DNA of 37,454 nucleotides from a virus (Duplodnaviria; Heunggongvirae; Uroviricota; Caudoviricetes): IMG/VR virus record IMGVR_UViG_2531839195_000016, positions 1 to 37,454 of that record; one strand, 5' to 3'. Shown piece by piece: positions 10,034 to 20,398 of this stretch (position 1 is its first letter; each line of letters starts with the position of its first letter). The notes under the pieces were generated by a model. It saw only the letters and a program-made list of their open reading frames with translations, ran no database searches and was not told where the DNA came from. The position numbers and the translations under genes were made by a program.

Positions 10034-10849
10034 GTTAGCTGATTACAGGCCTCAACTGGAGGTCGTGGAGCATCGCGTGGCAGAACTCGAAGATGGCTAC
10101 ACTCGGACTGCAAACACACTGTTAGAAGCCGCCATGCTTTCTGGACTTACTCTACATCAGTTACTGATTGTTATGGCTGTGTGGCGCAAGACATACGGTT
10201 ACAACAAAAAATAGATTGGATCGGAAACGAACAGTTCGCTGAACTCACTGGCATGGCACCAACCAAATGCTCTACCGCCAAAAACGAGCTTATCAGAATG
10301 GGAGTTCTCATTCAGGTGGGGCGTCAAGTTGGTATGAATACAAACATTTCCGAGTGGAAAACGAAAGTTAACGGATTCGGTAAAACATTTACCAATTCGG
10401 TAAAACAAACCTTCACCAAATCGGTAAAAAGCAATTTACCGAATCAGTCAAACACAAAAGACAATATACAAAAGACAATAAATACAAATACCCCCTTACC
10501 CCCTAACGGGGGCGGCGATGGGCAGGTTAAACCTGAACGTCGCAAGGCAGAACGAATCGACTACGAATCCTTCCTGAACGCCTACAACACCGAAGTCGGT
10601 GACAGACTGCCACACGCTGTTGCGGTCAACGAGAAACGCAAACGCCGCCTGAAGAAAATCATCCCGCAACTGAAAACGCCAAACGTGGACGGTTTCAGAG
10701 CGTATGTCAGGGCGTTTGTGCATCAGGCCAAGCCGTTTTACTTCGGAGACAACGACACGGGCTGGACGGCCGATTTTGATTACCTGCTGAGGGAAGACTC
10801 GTTAACGGGGGTACGGGAAGGGAAGTTTGCAGACAGGGGGATTGCATGA
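10020..10849 (+). CDS. O: Replication initiator O-like protein, frameshifted as sequenced (ORFs 10020..10214 and 10181..10849)
   Basis: N-terminal frame [45 protein letters not shown] then, after an A6 run at ~10206-10211, [33 protein letters not shown]... parallels lambda O. One extra A joins the frames. Confidence 0.75.
10370..10495 (+). repeat. Candidate replication origin: iterons plus AT-rich segment inside O
   Basis: Tandem TTCGGTAAAAC-like repeats (~3-4 copies) followed by an A-rich tract (aaacacaaaagacaatatacaaaagacaataaatacaaata), as in lambda ori. Confidence 0.55.
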
Positions 10850-12222
10850 AACAGGATATCGAAGCGAGCGTTATCGGTGGCCTGCTGATTGGTGGATTAA
10901 CACCAACCGCCAGCGACGTTCTGGCAACGCTGGAGCCGGAAGCGTTTTCAATTCCGCTCTACCGGAAAGCCTTCGAGGTTATCCGCAAGCAGGCGCGAAA
11001 CAGAAACCTAATCGACGCGCTGATGGTTGCCGAGGCGTGCGGAGAGGAGCATTTCACGTCAATCCTGATGACCAGCAAGAACTGCCCGAGTGCCGCAAAC
11101 CTGAAGGGATATGCTGGAATGGTCGCGGATAACTATCACCGCCGTCTGGTGCTGGAAATCATGGATGAAATGCGTGAACCAATCCAAAGCGGAACCATCG
11201 ACGCATCGAGTCAGGCGATGGATGAACTTGTAAAGCGTCTTTCAGCCATCAGAAAGCCCCGTGACGAGGTAAAACCTGTACGGTTAGGGGAAATCATCAC
11301 TGACTACACTGACACGCTTGACAGGCGTCTGAGGAACGGAGAAGAGTCAGATACCCTGAAGACCGGAATCGACGAACTTGACGCCATCACCGGAGGGATG
11401 AACGCAGAAGACCTGGTGATTATCGCCGCTCGTCCTGGTATGGGTAAAACCGAACTGGCGCTGAAGATTGCCGAAGGCGTTGCAAGCCGCGTTATTCCTG
11501 GTTCTGACGTCCGGCGCGGAGTGTTGATTTTCTCGATGGAAATGAGCGCATTGCAGATTGCAGAGCGGAGCATTGCCAACGCCGGGAGGATGTCGGTTAG
11601 CGTGCTGCGAAATCCTGCATCGATGGATGACGAAGGCTGGGCGCGTGTTGCTAACGGCATGAGTCAGCTTGCAGATTTGGATGTATGGGTAGTCGATGCC
11701 TCGCGGTTATCGGTCGAAGAAATACGCTCAATCGCAGAACGGCACAAACAGGAAAATCCAAACCTGTCACTCATCATGGCGGATTATCTTGGCCTGATTG
11801 AGAAGCCGAAAGCAGACCGCAACGACCTCGCAATTGCTCACATCTCCGGAAGCCTGAAGGCGATGGCGAAAGACCTGAAAACGCCAGTTATCTCCCTGAG
11901 TCAGCTTTCGCGCGATGTTGAGAAGCGACCAAACAAACGCCCGACAAACGCAGATTTGCGTGATTCAGGAAGCATTGAACAGGACGCAGACTCAATCATC
12001 ATGCTCTATCGGGAAGCGGTATATGACGAGAACAGTAGCGCCGCGCCATTTGCTGAAATCATCGTGACGAAAAACCGTTTTGGCTCGCTTGGTACGGTTT
12101 ACCAGCGGTTCTGTAACGGACACTTTGTTGCATGTGACCAGGATGAAGCCAGACAGATTTGCACAGCATCAAATGCACCTGCTGCGCGTGGCAGACGATA
12201 TGCACAAGGGGCTGACGTATGA
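10846..12222 (+). CDS. DnaB-family replicative helicase (P22 gene 12-type)
   Basis: 458-aa ORF with Walker [14 protein letters not shown] and DnaB-like C-terminal motifs ([32 protein letters not shown]). Confidence 0.85.
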   Translation: MKQDIEASVIGGLLIGGLTPTASDVLATLEPEAFSIPLYRKAFEVIRKQARNRNLIDALMVAEACGEEHFTSILMTSKNCPSAANLKGYAGMVADNYHRRLVLEIMDEMREPIQSGTIDASSQAMDELVKRLSAIRKPRDEVKPVRLGEIITDYTDTLDRRLRNGEESDTLKTGIDELDAITGGMNAEDLVIIAARPGMGKTELALKIAEGVASRVIPGSDVRRGVLIFSMEMSALQIAERSIANAGRMSVSVLRNPASMDDEGWARVANGMSQLADLDVWVVDASRLSVEEIRSIAERHKQENPNLSLIMADYLGLIEKPKADRNDLAIAHISGSLKAMAKDLKTPVISLSQLSRDVEKRPNKRPTNADLRDSGSIEQDADSIIMLYREAVYDENSSAAPFAEIIVTKNRFGSLGTVYQRFCNGHFVACDQDEARQICTASNAPAARGRRYAQGADV

Positions 12223-12247
12223 CCATCTACATCACTGAGATAATAAC

Positions 12248-12276
12248 AGGCCTGCTGGTAATCGCAGGCCTTTTTA
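12248..12276 (+). terminator. Rho-independent terminator after the helicase gene
   Basis: AGGCCTGC-tggtaatc-GCAGGCCT followed by TTTTTATTT. Confidence 0.6.
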
Positions 12277-12294
12277 TTTGGGGGAGAGGGAAGT

Positions 12295-12621
12295 GTGGCT
12301 GACTGGCAAATTCCAATCATCATTCTTGCCGGAGCTTCGCTGGTTGCTGGCTTTATCCTGCTGAAAAAGCATAAAGACCGTGATCAAAAAGTTGAAGTTC
12401 TCTATGGGTATCCAGCGAACAGCACAACATGGCTGACCATTTACCACTACCGAAAATCAGGACGCTGGGTATTCGAATGGGATGATCTGTTCGCTGAAAA
12501 GCGACCAAAGTCATGGGGAGACATCAGCGAATGCATGATGTTTGAAGAAAGAAAATCCGGCGCAACCCGAGAAGAGTTTAACGAAGCGTGGGCGCGATTA
12601 AGTGAGAGAGGGTATTTGTGA
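12295..12621 (+). CDS. Hypothetical protein with N-terminal transmembrane helix
   Basis: GTG start after GGAGAGGG; IPIIILAGASLVAGFILL hydrophobic segment. Confidence 0.4.
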   Translation: MADWQIPIIILAGASLVAGFILLKKHKDRDQKVEVLYGYPANSTTWLTIYHYRKSGRWVFEWDDLFAEKRPKSWGDISECMMFEERKSGATREEFNEAWARLSERGYL

Positions 12622-12818
12622 GCAAGTACGAAAAATTAGATCAAAACATTCTTTCAATGCTGAGTGAAAGACCAACACCTGTTTTTGATATCTGGCTTAA
12701 ATGGCGGAGCAATGGAATGTATATCGAAACCATCGATCGCCGTATGCAATACCTGAGAAAGAAAGGGCTTGTTGCAAATGTGCGTGGGAAGGGTTGGGTG
12801 AAAATTAACCTGTCATAA
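12618..12818 (+). CDS. Hypothetical small protein
   Basis: 66-aa ORF overlapping neighbouring stops in a nin-region gene string. Confidence 0.35.
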   Translation: MSKYEKLDQNILSMLSERPTPVFDIWLKWRSNGMYIETIDRRMQYLRKKGLVANVRGKGWVKINLS

Positions 12819-12829
12819 CGGGGATTGAT

Positions 12830-13018
12830 ATGGACGATAGCTTAGAAATATTTGAAGAGTGGTGCGCTGATGAACTTGGTGTCTCCGCTTACTTCATTCG
12901 ACAAATGCGAAGCAAGAATATTTTGGGCGTGATTGAGTATAAACGAGTTGAAATAAACAAGAGATACAGGGCTTGGATGGCCGCAGTTCGCGCCGCCGGA
13001 GTCAAAGTGAAGGAGTGA
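12830..13018 (+). CDS. Hypothetical small protein
   Basis: 62-aa ORF. Confidence 0.35.
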   Translation: MDDSLEIFEEWCADELGVSAYFIRQMRSKNILGVIEYKRVEINKRYRAWMAAVRAAGVKVKE

Positions 13019-13020
13019 GT

Positions 13021-13185
13021 ATGAGCGCATACGAAGAAATCATGTTAGCCCTGCGATTCTTTTTCGGTGTGGAAGAAGATGAAAACGTAAATGAGATTAT
13101 CGGACAAGACCATGACCCGATAGGGACTATTGCAGCTGCACTTGACGATTACAGGAGCGTAAATGGTGAGGAAACTAACGTTTGA
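13021..13185 (+). CDS. Hypothetical small acidic protein
   Basis: Start placed at MSAYEE immediately after the previous stop. Confidence 0.3.
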   Translation: MSAYEEIMLALRFFFGVEEDENVNEIIGQDHDPIGTIAAALDDYRSVNGEETNV

Positions 13186-13606
13186 ACTAAGAAGCCCCAT
13201 CCATCAGCAGAACGCCATTCAAGCTATCCAGCAAATCCTTCCAGACCCAACCAAACCAATCGTAGTAACCATTCAGGAACGCAACCGCAGCTTAGACCAG
13301 AATCGAAAGCTTTGGGCTTGCCTTGGTGACGTTTCGCGTCAGGTTGAATGGCATGGTCGCTGGCTGGATGCAGAAAGCTGGAAGTGTGTGTTTACCGCAG
13401 CATTAAAGCAGCAGGACGTTGTTCCTAACCTTGCCGGGAATGGATTTGTGGTAATAGGCCGGTCAACCAGCAGGATGCGTGTAGGCGAATTTGCGGAGCT
13501 ATTAGAGCTTATACAGGCATTCGGTACAGAACGTGGCGTTAAATGGTCAGACGAAGCGCGACTGGCTCTGGAGTGGAAAGCGAGATGGGGAGATAAAACT
13601 GAATGA
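13163..13606 (+). CDS. ninB: NinB (Orf-family recombination mediator)
   Basis: ...RSPIHQQNAIQAIQQILPDPTKPIVVTIQERNRSLDQNRKLWACLGDVSRQVEWHGRWLDAESWKCVFTAALK... matches lambda NinB as recalled. Confidence 0.8.
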   Translation: MVRKLTFELRSPIHQQNAIQAIQQILPDPTKPIVVTIQERNRSLDQNRKLWACLGDVSRQVEWHGRWLDAESWKCVFTAALKQQDVVPNLAGNGFVVIGRSTSRMRVGEFAELLELIQAFGTERGVKWSDEARLALEWKARWGDKTE

Positions 13607-14193
13607 ACAAATACCGACTTATTTACGCAGATCCGCCTTGGCAATATCGCGACAAAGCCAACGATGGCAATCGCGGTGCTGGACATAAATACGATGTTAT
13701 GAATGTTCAGGACATTTGCCGACTGCCAGTATGGGATTTAGCGGATCCAGAATCTTGCTTGTTAGCGATGTGGTGGGTGCCGACACAGCCAGCCGAAGCG
13801 CTAAAGGTAATTGAGGCGTGGGGATTCAGGTTGATGACTATGAAAGGCTTTACTTGGCACAAAACCAATAAGCACAAAGGCAACAGTGCGATCGGAATGG
13901 GGCATATGACCAGGGCAAATAGCGAGGATTGCTTGTTTGCCGTTCGAGGGCGGTTACCTGAGAGAATGGACGCTTCAATATGCCAGCACTTTACCGCACC
14001 GAGAATGGAGCACAGTGCAAAACCACCGATCGTAAGAGACATGTTAGCTAAGTTGCTTGGCGACGTGCCGCGCTGTGAGTTATTTAGCCGCGACAAAGTG
14101 ACCGGGTGGGATATGTGGGGAAATCAGTGCGACTCCGATTTTGAACTTGCTCCCGGCATGGCGATTAAACCATGCAAAATGGTGATCGCATGA
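13603..14193 (+). CDS. DNA N6-adenine methyltransferase (MT-A70-like, DPPW motif)
   Basis: N-terminal YADPPWQY catalytic motif; occupies the ninC position. Confidence 0.75.
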   Translation: MNKYRLIYADPPWQYRDKANDGNRGAGHKYDVMNVQDICRLPVWDLADPESCLLAMWWVPTQPAEALKVIEAWGFRLMTMKGFTWHKTNKHKGNSAIGMGHMTRANSEDCLFAVRGRLPERMDASICQHFTAPRMEHSAKPPIVRDMLAKLLGDVPRCELFSRDKVTGWDMWGNQCDSDFELAPGMAIKPCKMVIA

Positions 14194-14363
14194 AGCACTG
14201 TTATCGATGTGGAGAGCGAAAGGAAGACGATCGCTTTCGACCAGGACAGCCTTACTGGAATCGATGGTGTCTCCGGTGTGAAAGAACACCAACAGGGGTG
14301 TTACCACTACCGCAGGAAAAGGAGGACGTGTGGCGAGACAGCGACGAAGTATCACCGACATAA
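14190..14363 (+). CDS. ninD: NinD-like small zinc-finger protein
   Basis: [11 protein letters not shown]...WCLRCER paired CxxC motifs, 57 aa; ATG overlaps the methyltransferase stop. Confidence 0.45.
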   Translation: MKHCYRCGERKEDDRFRPGQPYWNRWCLRCERTPTGVLPLPQEKEDVWRDSDEVSPT

Positions 14364-14505
14364 TCTGTGAAACTGCAAATACCTTCCAACGAAACGCTCC
14401 AGAAATAAACGCAAGCCAATCCCAAAAGAATCTGACGTAAAAACCTTCAACTACACGGCTCACCTGTGGGATATCCGGTGGCTAAGACATCGTGCGAGGA
14501 AATGA
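14330..14505 (+). CDS. ninE: NinE, frameshifted as sequenced
   Basis: GTG start after AGGAGG; (M)[13 protein letters not shown] then, in the -1 frame, [43 protein letters not shown], together resembling lambda NinE. Break at GAAAC (~14369-14373); one extra A restores ...ICENCKYLP... Confidence 0.55.
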
Positions 14506-14909
14506 CAATGCTTTTAATTCAACCTGGATTTGGACTTAGCATCAAAAAAGGCCACATGTTTGGCGAGAAAGAGTCACAACGAAAAATGATGTCTATCCGG
14601 TTGCCATTTATCAGTATTTATTGGCTAAACAGGGAGGCAACAAATTATTGGTATACATGCGCCAGAGCAGCATTTAACGACCCTGACTGGTTTGTGGAAA
14701 ACCACCACGCAGTTCGTCAGGCAAAGAGAAAGGCCAACATGACATACATGAAGGCGTATCGAAAAGCATGGAAAGAACACCGCGATCGATACCAGCAAGA
14801 TATGGAAAAGCTTGAATCAGAAAACATGGAATTAAGACGAAAGCTTGGTGAAGCAAAACGAGACATTGATGCTTACAAGCGACTTTTTAATGGTGAAAGC
14901 CATGCTTAG
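14502..14909 (+). CDS. Hypothetical protein (135 aa) inserted between ninE and ninF
   Basis: ATG overlaps the ninE stop (ATGA); charged coiled-coil-like C-terminus (...[32 protein letters not shown]). Confidence 0.45.
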
Positions 14910-15099
14910 TCCATCCCAATCTCTTCAATACCAGAAAGAAAGCGTCGAGCGGGCTTTAACGTGCGCTAACTGCGGTCAGAAGCTGCATGTGCTGGAAGTT
15001 CACGTGTGTGAGCACTGCTGCGCAGAACTGATGAGCGATCCGAATAGTTCAATGTACGAGGAAGAAGACGATGGCCAAACCAGCGCGAAGACGATGTAA
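14902..15099 (+). CDS. ninF: NinF
   Basis: [47 protein letters not shown]... resembles lambda NinF (recalled). Confidence 0.55.
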   Translation: MLSPSQSLQYQKESVERALTCANCGQKLHVLEVHVCEHCCAELMSDPNSSMYEEEDDGQTSAKTM

Positions 15100-15682
15100 A
15101 AACGAAGAATGTCGGGAATGGTTTCACCCTGCATTCGCTAATCAGTGGTGGTGCTCTCCAGAGTGTGGAACCAAGATAGCACTCGAACGACGAAGTAAAG
15201 AACGCGAAAAAGCGGAAAAAGCAGCAGAGAAGAAACGACGACGAGAGGAGCAGAAACAGAAAGATAAACTTAAGATTCGAAAACTCGCCTTAAAGCCCCG
15301 CAGTTACTGGATTAAACAAGCCCAACAAGCCGTAAACGCCTTCATCAGAGAAAGAGACCGCGACTTACCATGTATCTCGTGCGGAACGCTCACGTCTGCT
15401 CAGTGGGATGCCGGACATTACCGGACAACTGCTGCGGCACCTCAACTCCGATTTGATGAACGCAATATTCACAAGCAATGCGTGGTGTGCAACCAGCACA
15501 AAAGCGGAAATCTCGTTCCGTATCGCGTCGAACTGATTAACCGCATCGGGCAGGAAGCAGTAGACGAAATCGAATCAAACCATAACCGCCATCGCTGGAC
15601 TGTCGTAGAGTGCAAGGCGATCAAGGCAGAGTACCAACAGAAACTCAAAGACCTGCGAAATAGCAGAAGTGAGGCCGCATGA
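15071..15682 (+). CDS. ninG: NinG / Rap recombination endonuclease
   Basis: 203-aa ORF with cysteine clusters ([25 protein letters not shown]) in the position and size of lambda NinG. Confidence 0.8.
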   Translation: MAKPARRRCKNEECREWFHPAFANQWWCSPECGTKIALERRSKEREKAEKAAEKKRRREEQKQKDKLKIRKLALKPRSYWIKQAQQAVNAFIRERDRDLPCISCGTLTSAQWDAGHYRTTAAAPQLRFDERNIHKQCVVCNQHKSGNLVPYRVELINRIGQEAVDEIESNHNRHRWTVVECKAIKAEYQQKLKDLRNSRSEAA

Positions 15683-15885
15683 CGTTCTCAGTAAAAACCA
15701 TTCCAGACATGCTCGTTGAAGCATACGGAAACCAGACAGAAGTAGCACGCAGACTGAAATGTAGTCGCGGTACGGTCAGAAAATACGTTGATGATAAAGA
15801 CGGGAAAATGCACGCCATCGTCAACGACGTTCTCATGGTTCATCGCGGATGGAGTGAAAGAGATGCGCTATTACGAAAAAATTGA
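15679..15885 (+). CDS. ninH: NinH
   Basis: 68-aa ORF with a helix-turn-helix segment ([19 protein letters not shown]), same size and position as lambda NinH. Confidence 0.65.
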   Translation: MTFSVKTIPDMLVEAYGNQTEVARRLKCSRGTVRKYVDDKDGKMHAIVNDVLMVHRGWSERDALLRKN

Positions 15886-16528
15886 TGGCAGCAAATACCG
15901 AAATATTTGGGTAGTTGGCGATCTGCACGGATGCTACACGAACCTGATGAAAAAACTGGAGACGATAGGATTCGACACCAAAAAAGACCTGCTTATCTCG
16001 GTTGGCGATTTGGTCGATCGCGGTACAGAGAACGTCGAATGCCTGGAATTAATCACATTCCCCTGGTTCAGAGCTGTACGTGGAAACCATGAGCAAATGA
16101 TGATTGATGGCTTATCAGAGCGTGGAAACGTCAATCACTGGCTACTTAATGGCGGCGGCTGGTTCTTTAATATCGATTACGACAAAGAAATTCTGGCTAA
16201 AGCTCTTTCCCATAAAGCAGATGAACTTCCGTTAATCATCGAACTGGTGAGCAAAGATAAAAAATATGTCATCTGCCACGCCGATTATCCTTGTGACGAA
16301 TACGAGTTTGGAAAGCCAGTTGATCATCAGCAGGTAATCTGGAACCGCGAACGAATCAGCAACTCACAAGACGGGATCGTGAAAGAAATCAAAGGCGCGG
16401 ACACGTTCATCTTTGGTCATACGCCAGCAGTGAAACCACTCAAATTTGCCAACCAGATGTATATCGATACCGGCGCAGTGTTCTGCGGAAACCTCACATT
16501 GATTCAGGTACAGGGAGAAGGCGCATGA
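15863..16528 (+). CDS. ninI: Ser/Thr protein phosphatase (NinI, lambda PPase-type)
   Basis: Metallophosphatase motifs GDLHG, GDLVDRG, GNHE; start placed at MRYYEK. Confidence 0.85.
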   Translation: MRYYEKIDGSKYRNIWVVGDLHGCYTNLMKKLETIGFDTKKDLLISVGDLVDRGTENVECLELITFPWFRAVRGNHEQMMIDGLSERGNVNHWLLNGGGWFFNIDYDKEILAKALSHKADELPLIIELVSKDKKYVICHADYPCDEYEFGKPVDHQQVIWNRERISNSQDGIVKEIKGADTFIFGHTPAVKPLKFANQMYIDTGAVFCGNLTLIQVQGEGA

Positions 16529-17148
16529 GACTCGAAAGCGTAGCTAAATTTCATTCGCCAAAAAGCCCGATGATGAGTGACTCACCACGGGCCACGGCTT
16601 CTGACTCTCTTTCCGGTACTGATGTGATGGCTGCTATGGGGATGGCGCAATCACAAGCCGGATTCGGAATGGCTGCATTCTGCGGTAAGCATGAACTCAG
16701 CCAGAACGACAAACAAAAGGCTATCAACTATCTGATGCAATTTGCACACAAGGTATCGGGGAAATACCGTGGTGTGGCAAAGCTCGAAGGAAATACTAAG
16801 GCAAAGGTACTGCAAGTGCTCGCAACATTCGCTTATGCGGATTATTGCCGTAGTGCCGCGACGCCTGGCGCAAGATGCAGAGATTGCCACGGTACAGGTC
16901 GTGCGGTTGATATAGCCAAAACAGAGCAGTGGGGGAGAGTTGTCGAGAAAGAGTGCGGAAGATGCAAAGGCGTCGGCTATTCAAGGATGCCAGCAAGCGC
17001 AGCATATCGCGCTGTAACGATGCTAATCCCAAACCTTACCCAACCCACCTGGTCACGCACTGTTAAGCCGCTGTATGACGCTCTGGTGGTGCAATGCCAC
17101 AAGGAAGAGTCAATCGCAGACAACATTTTGAATGCGGTCACACGTTAG
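16525..17148 (+). CDS. Q: Late antiterminator Q (lambda-type)
   Basis: 207-aa ORF with zinc-binding [12 protein letters not shown]...CGRCKG; sits directly upstream of a pR'-like promoter. Confidence 0.85.
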   Translation: MRLESVAKFHSPKSPMMSDSPRATASDSLSGTDVMAAMGMAQSQAGFGMAAFCGKHELSQNDKQKAINYLMQFAHKVSGKYRGVAKLEGNTKAKVLQVLATFAYADYCRSAATPGARCRDCHGTGRAVDIAKTEQWGRVVEKECGRCKGVGYSRMPASAAYRAVTMLIPNLTQPTWSRTVKPLYDALVVQCHKEESIADNILNAVTR

Positions 17149-17189
17149 CAGCATGATTGCCACGGATGGCAACATATTAACGGCATGAT

Positions 17190-17235
17190 ATTGACTTATT
17201 GAATAAAATTGGGTAAATTTGACTCAACGATGGAT
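17190..17235 (+). promoter_or_regulatory. Late promoter pR' with qut site
   Basis: TTGACT, a 17-bp spacer, then TAAATT, with the lambda-like segment TTGACTTATTGAATAAAATTGGGTAAATTTGACTCAACGATGG. Confidence 0.6.
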
Positions 17236-17253
17236 AAATGCACTCGTTAAATA

Positions 17254-17290
17254 AAGCCCTGAGTTAATAGCTCGGGGCTTTTTGCGTTTT
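17254..17290 (+). terminator. Hairpin plus U-tract shortly downstream of pR' (candidate early terminator of the late leader)
   Basis: AGCCCTGAG-ttaatag-CTCGGGGCT followed by TTTTGCGTTTT. Confidence 0.45.
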
Positions 17291-17419
17291 AAGCACGGCC
17301 TTTCTGAAAGCACATCAAGCCAAATACCAGACAGACAAAAATAATCACCTTATCCGCTTGGCTACGGTGCGGTGTGCTTTGCATAAAAGAAAACCAGCGC
17401 AATGGCTGGCTTCGTGAAA

Positions 17420-17465
17420 GCGGGTGGCAAGAGGCTGCGCTAACAACCTCATGCCGTTTTGCCCG
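17420..17465 (+). terminator. Second leader hairpin (tR'-like), with one central mismatch
   Basis: GGCAAGAGG-ctgcgctaacaa-CCTCATGCC followed by GTTTTG; the stem contains an A/A mismatch. Confidence 0.35.
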
Positions 17466-17580
17466 TGCATATCGGTCACGAACAAATCTGATTACTAAAC
17501 ACAGTAGCCTGGATTTGTTCTATCAGTAATCGACCTTATTCCTAATTAAATAGAGCAAATCCCCTTATTGGGGGTAAGAC

Positions 17581-17904
17581 ATGAAGATGCCAGAAAAACA
17601 TGACCTGTTAGCCGCCATTCTCGCGGCAAAGGAACAAGGCATCGGGGCAATCCTTGCGTTTGCAATGGCGTACCTTCGCGGCAGATATAATGGCGGTGCG
17701 TTTACAAAAACAGTAATCGACGCAACGATGTGCGCCATTATCGCCTGGTTCATTCGTGACCTTCTCGACTTCGCCGGACTAAGTAGCAATCTCGCTTATA
17801 TAACGAGCGTGTTCATCGGCTACATCGGTACTGACTCGATTGGTTCGCTTATCAAACGCTTCGCTGCTAAAAAAGCCGGAGTAGAAGATGGTGGAAATCA
17901 ATAA
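17581..17904 (+). CDS. S: Holin S (class I; dual-start motif MKM)
   Basis: [62 protein letters not shown]... with three transmembrane segments; GGGGG/TAAG Shine-Dalgarno. Confidence 0.85.
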   Translation: MKMPEKHDLLAAILAAKEQGIGAILAFAMAYLRGRYNGGAFTKTVIDATMCAIIAWFIRDLLDFAGLSSNLAYITSVFIGYIGTDSIGSLIKRFAAKKAGVEDGGNQ

Positions 17905-18364
17905 TCAACGTAAGGCGTTCCTCGATATGCTGGCGTGGTCAGAGGGAACAGATAACGGACGACAGAAAACCAGAAATCATGGTTATGACGTCATTGTAGG
18001 CGGAGAGCTATTTACTGATTACTCCGATCACCCTCGCAAACTTGTCACGCTAAACCCAAAACTCAAATCAACAGCAGCCGGGCGCTATCAGCTTCTTTCC
18101 CGTTGGTGGGATGCCTACCGTAAGCAGCTTGGCCTGAAAGACTTCTCTCCGAAAAGCCAGGACGCTGTGGCATTGCAACAGATTAAAGAGCGTGGCGCTT
18201 TGCCGATGATTGATCGCGGTGATATCCGTCAGGCAATCGACCGTTGCAGCAATATCTGGGCTTCGTTGCCCGGGGCTGGTTATGGCCAGTTCGAGCATAA
18301 GGCTGACAGCCTGATTGCAAAATTCAAAGAAGCAGGCGGAACGGTCAGAGAGATTGAGGTATGA
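17888..18364 (+). CDS. R: Endolysin R (lytic transglycosylase, lambda-type)
   Basis: [49 protein letters not shown]... matches lambda R as recalled. Confidence 0.85.
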   Translation: MVEINNQRKAFLDMLAWSEGTDNGRQKTRNHGYDVIVGGELFTDYSDHPRKLVTLNPKLKSTAAGRYQLLSRWWDAYRKQLGLKDFSPKSQDAVALQQIKERGALPMIDRGDIRQAIDRCSNIWASLPGAGYGQFEHKADSLIAKFKEAGGTVREIEV

Positions 18365-18798
18365 GCAGAGTAACCGCGATTATCTCCGCTCTGGTTATCT
18401 GCATCATCGTCTGCCTGTCATGGGCTGTTAATCATTACCGTGATAACGCCATCGCCTACAAAGAGCAGCGCGACAAAGCCGCATCCACTATCGCTGATAT
18501 GCAGAAGCGTCAACGTGACGTAGCAGAACTCGACGCCAGATATACAAAGGAGCTTGCTGATGCTAACGCGACTATCGAAAGCCTCCGTGCTGATGTTTCT
18601 GCTGGTCGTAAGCGCCTGCAAGTCGCCGCCACCTGTGCAAAGTCAACGACCGGAGCCAGCAGCATGGGCGATGGAGAAAGCCCAAGACTTACAGCAGATG
18701 CTGAACTCAATTATTACCGTCTCCGAAGCGGAATCGACAGGATAACCGCGCAGGTTAACTACCTGCAGGAATACATCAGGACTCAGTGCCTGAAATAA
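18361..18798 (+). CDS. Rz: Spanin Rz (inner-membrane subunit)
   Basis: N-terminal transmembrane helix ([18 protein letters not shown]) then coiled coil; follows R. Confidence 0.8.
   Translation: MSRVTAIISALVICIIVCLSWAVNHYRDNAIAYKEQRDKAASTIADMQKRQRDVAELDARYTKELADANATIESLRADVSAGRKRLQVAATCAKSTTGASSMGDGESPRLTADAELNYYRLRSGIDRITAQVNYLQEYIRTQCLK
18554..18745 (+). CDS. Rz1: Spanin Rz1 (outer-membrane lipoprotein) embedded in Rz in the +1 frame
   Basis: Signal peptide with lipobox-like LVVSAC followed by a proline-rich segment; wholly inside Rz. Confidence 0.6.
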   Translation: MLMLTRLSKASVLMFLLVVSACKSPPPVQSQRPEPAAWAMEKAQDLQQMLNSIITVSEAESTG

Positions 18799-18827
18799 TT
18801 TTTTGCAAATCACAAAGTCCATTTAAT

Positions 18828-18853
18828 GAGCCTCGCGATGCGGGGCTTTTTTA
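18828..18853 (+). terminator. Rho-independent terminator after the lysis cassette
   Basis: GCCTCG-cgatg-CGGGGC followed by TTTTTT. Confidence 0.5.
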
Positions 18854-18965
18854 CATCTGAATTTCACAGCGCATCTCACGCGCATATTACATCACCCGAG
18901 CCTTTCAGAAAGTTGAGCCTGAGAACTGCCGTATATGGTGGCGACCATCTCGGGACGGCTTTTCT

Positions 18966-19544
18966 GTGAGACAGGCTCACTTTCTAAAAGGTAAAGACGC
19001 AATGAACTACCCAACCGTTGTTAACGATATAGATTTCAGAGACCTAATTTTTGTAGCAAACAACGATCCGGTTACAGATTCTTTTATGGTGGCAAAAGCA
19101 TTTGGAAAGCTGCCGAAGAACGTAGTTCGTGACATTGAGCGAACCATAGAAGCTTGCCCTCCTGAGTTTGATACAAAGCTCAACTTTGAGCTTTGCTATA
19201 AAAACAATGAGTTACAGAATGGTAAGCCGCAAAAATTCTACCGTCTCCGCAAGGATGGGTTGATGCTTTTGGTTATGTCCTACACCAAAAAAGAAGCAAT
19301 GCGTATCAAAATTGCTTACATCAACGCATTTAACTGGATGTACGCCATGCTTCAGGTTGGTCATCGTCAATTTGAAGAAGAGAGAAATGCCGTAATGCTG
19401 GAGTACATGAAAGAGAAGGATGTTGCCAGCATGTCAGGTCGCCTGCTAAATCGCTGGGGCAAAATTAAGAAGCCACAGCTGATGGCTAGAATTGAACGCC
19501 TTGAACAGCACGGGCAAACCGTAATCCCCGGACTCATCAATTAA
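18966..19544 (+). CDS. rha: Rha-family phage regulatory protein (putative)
   Basis: 192-aa ORF between lysis genes and terminase, where P22 carries rha; N-terminus ...FVANNDPVTDSFMVAKAFGK...VVRDIER. Family assignment is from memory; true start may be the internal ATG (MNYPTVV). Confidence 0.55.
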   Translation: MRQAHFLKGKDAMNYPTVVNDIDFRDLIFVANNDPVTDSFMVAKAFGKLPKNVVRDIERTIEACPPEFDTKLNFELCYKNNELQNGKPQKFYRLRKDGLMLLVMSYTKKEAMRIKIAYINAFNWMYAMLQVGHRQFEEERNAVMLEYMKEKDVASMSGRLLNRWGKIKKPQLMARIERLEQHGQTVIPGLIN

Positions 19545-19760
19545 CGGCAGCACCGCGAAACAACCCAAGCCAGTAAGTGGGGAAATAACACTGGCAGCCA
19601 CTGAAAGATGAACCTCCAGCCTTATGGCAAAAAAGATTCTTTGTGGTGGCGGACTGATGGAAAGACATCGGATAGAATCAAGCAGTGGCTAGGGTAGCTC
19701 CCGAAAAGCGGACTCGTCACCGCCTGCCACTGAATCTATGGCGAACAACTAGACGAGGTT

Positions 19761-19979
19761 GTGATGGATGATAACGGAAACCAATGGGTCAATGTTGAAC
19801 ACCGGCTACCAGAAAGCAAAGAAGGGATGTGGTCTAAAGAGGTTATAGCTCTTACTGATACTGGTGACGTGTTCAAACTATCATGTATGGGCTCTTACTG
19901 GCAGAGAACCAAGGCATTCATCGATTCAGGAGCAAGCAAGGTTACACACTGGATGCCGCTTAATTACCCAGATGATTAA
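19761..19979 (+). CDS. DUF551-domain small protein
   Basis: Ends ...SKVTHWMPLNYPDD, sharing the THWMPL motif with the 2394..3323 protein. Confidence 0.55.
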   Translation: MMDDNGNQWVNVEHRLPESKEGMWSKEVIALTDTGDVFKLSCMGSYWQRTKAFIDSGASKVTHWMPLNYPDD

Positions 19980-20001
19980 AACGGATGAAAAATGAAAGGT
20001 C

Positions 20002-20026
20002 GCTCAGGCGGCCTTTTTTATTGCCA
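20002..20026 (+). terminator. Rho-independent terminator
   Basis: GGTCGC-tcag-GCGGCC (with one G-T pair) followed by TTTTTTATT. Confidence 0.45.
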
Positions 20027-20126
20027 TCACAAAAGCCATTCCTTACTGAGTGGCTTTGATAATGGCTTATACCCTACACGGGATAACTTAACTGATATCC
20101 CTTTTAACGGATAAATGGAGCCAACA

Positions 20127-20369
20127 ATGGCAGAGATTATTCCCATGACTGAAGAACAGAAATTCCAGTTAGAGATTTACAAACTGGTCATGAACCAGAA
20201 CGCAGCCGCAGAAGAAGCATTTCAATTCATTGGCACTGACGAACTGAAGCTTGAGCTATTCAAAATTCACTTCCAGTCAGGTGGCGCTAATTCAGATATC
20301 ACGATCCGCACATTTGAAGCGGTGCGTAAATCGAAGGAAGCGTTAGACCTGTTCACCACCGGAGCATGA
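20127..20369 (+). CDS. Hypothetical small acidic protein upstream of terminase
   Basis: GGAG then ATG (MAEIIPMTEEQ...). Confidence 0.4.
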   Translation: MAEIIPMTEEQKFQLEIYKLVMNQNAAAEEAFQFIGTDELKLELFKIHFQSGGANSDITIRTFEAVRKSKEALDLFTTGA

Positions 20370-20398
20370 TGCTCAACCTGAAATAACGATTAAGTGAG

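Noticed and set aside
10199..10408. 69-aa minus-strand ORF inside the O gene
   Set aside because: Antisense to the O-like initiator across the iteron region; no start signals.
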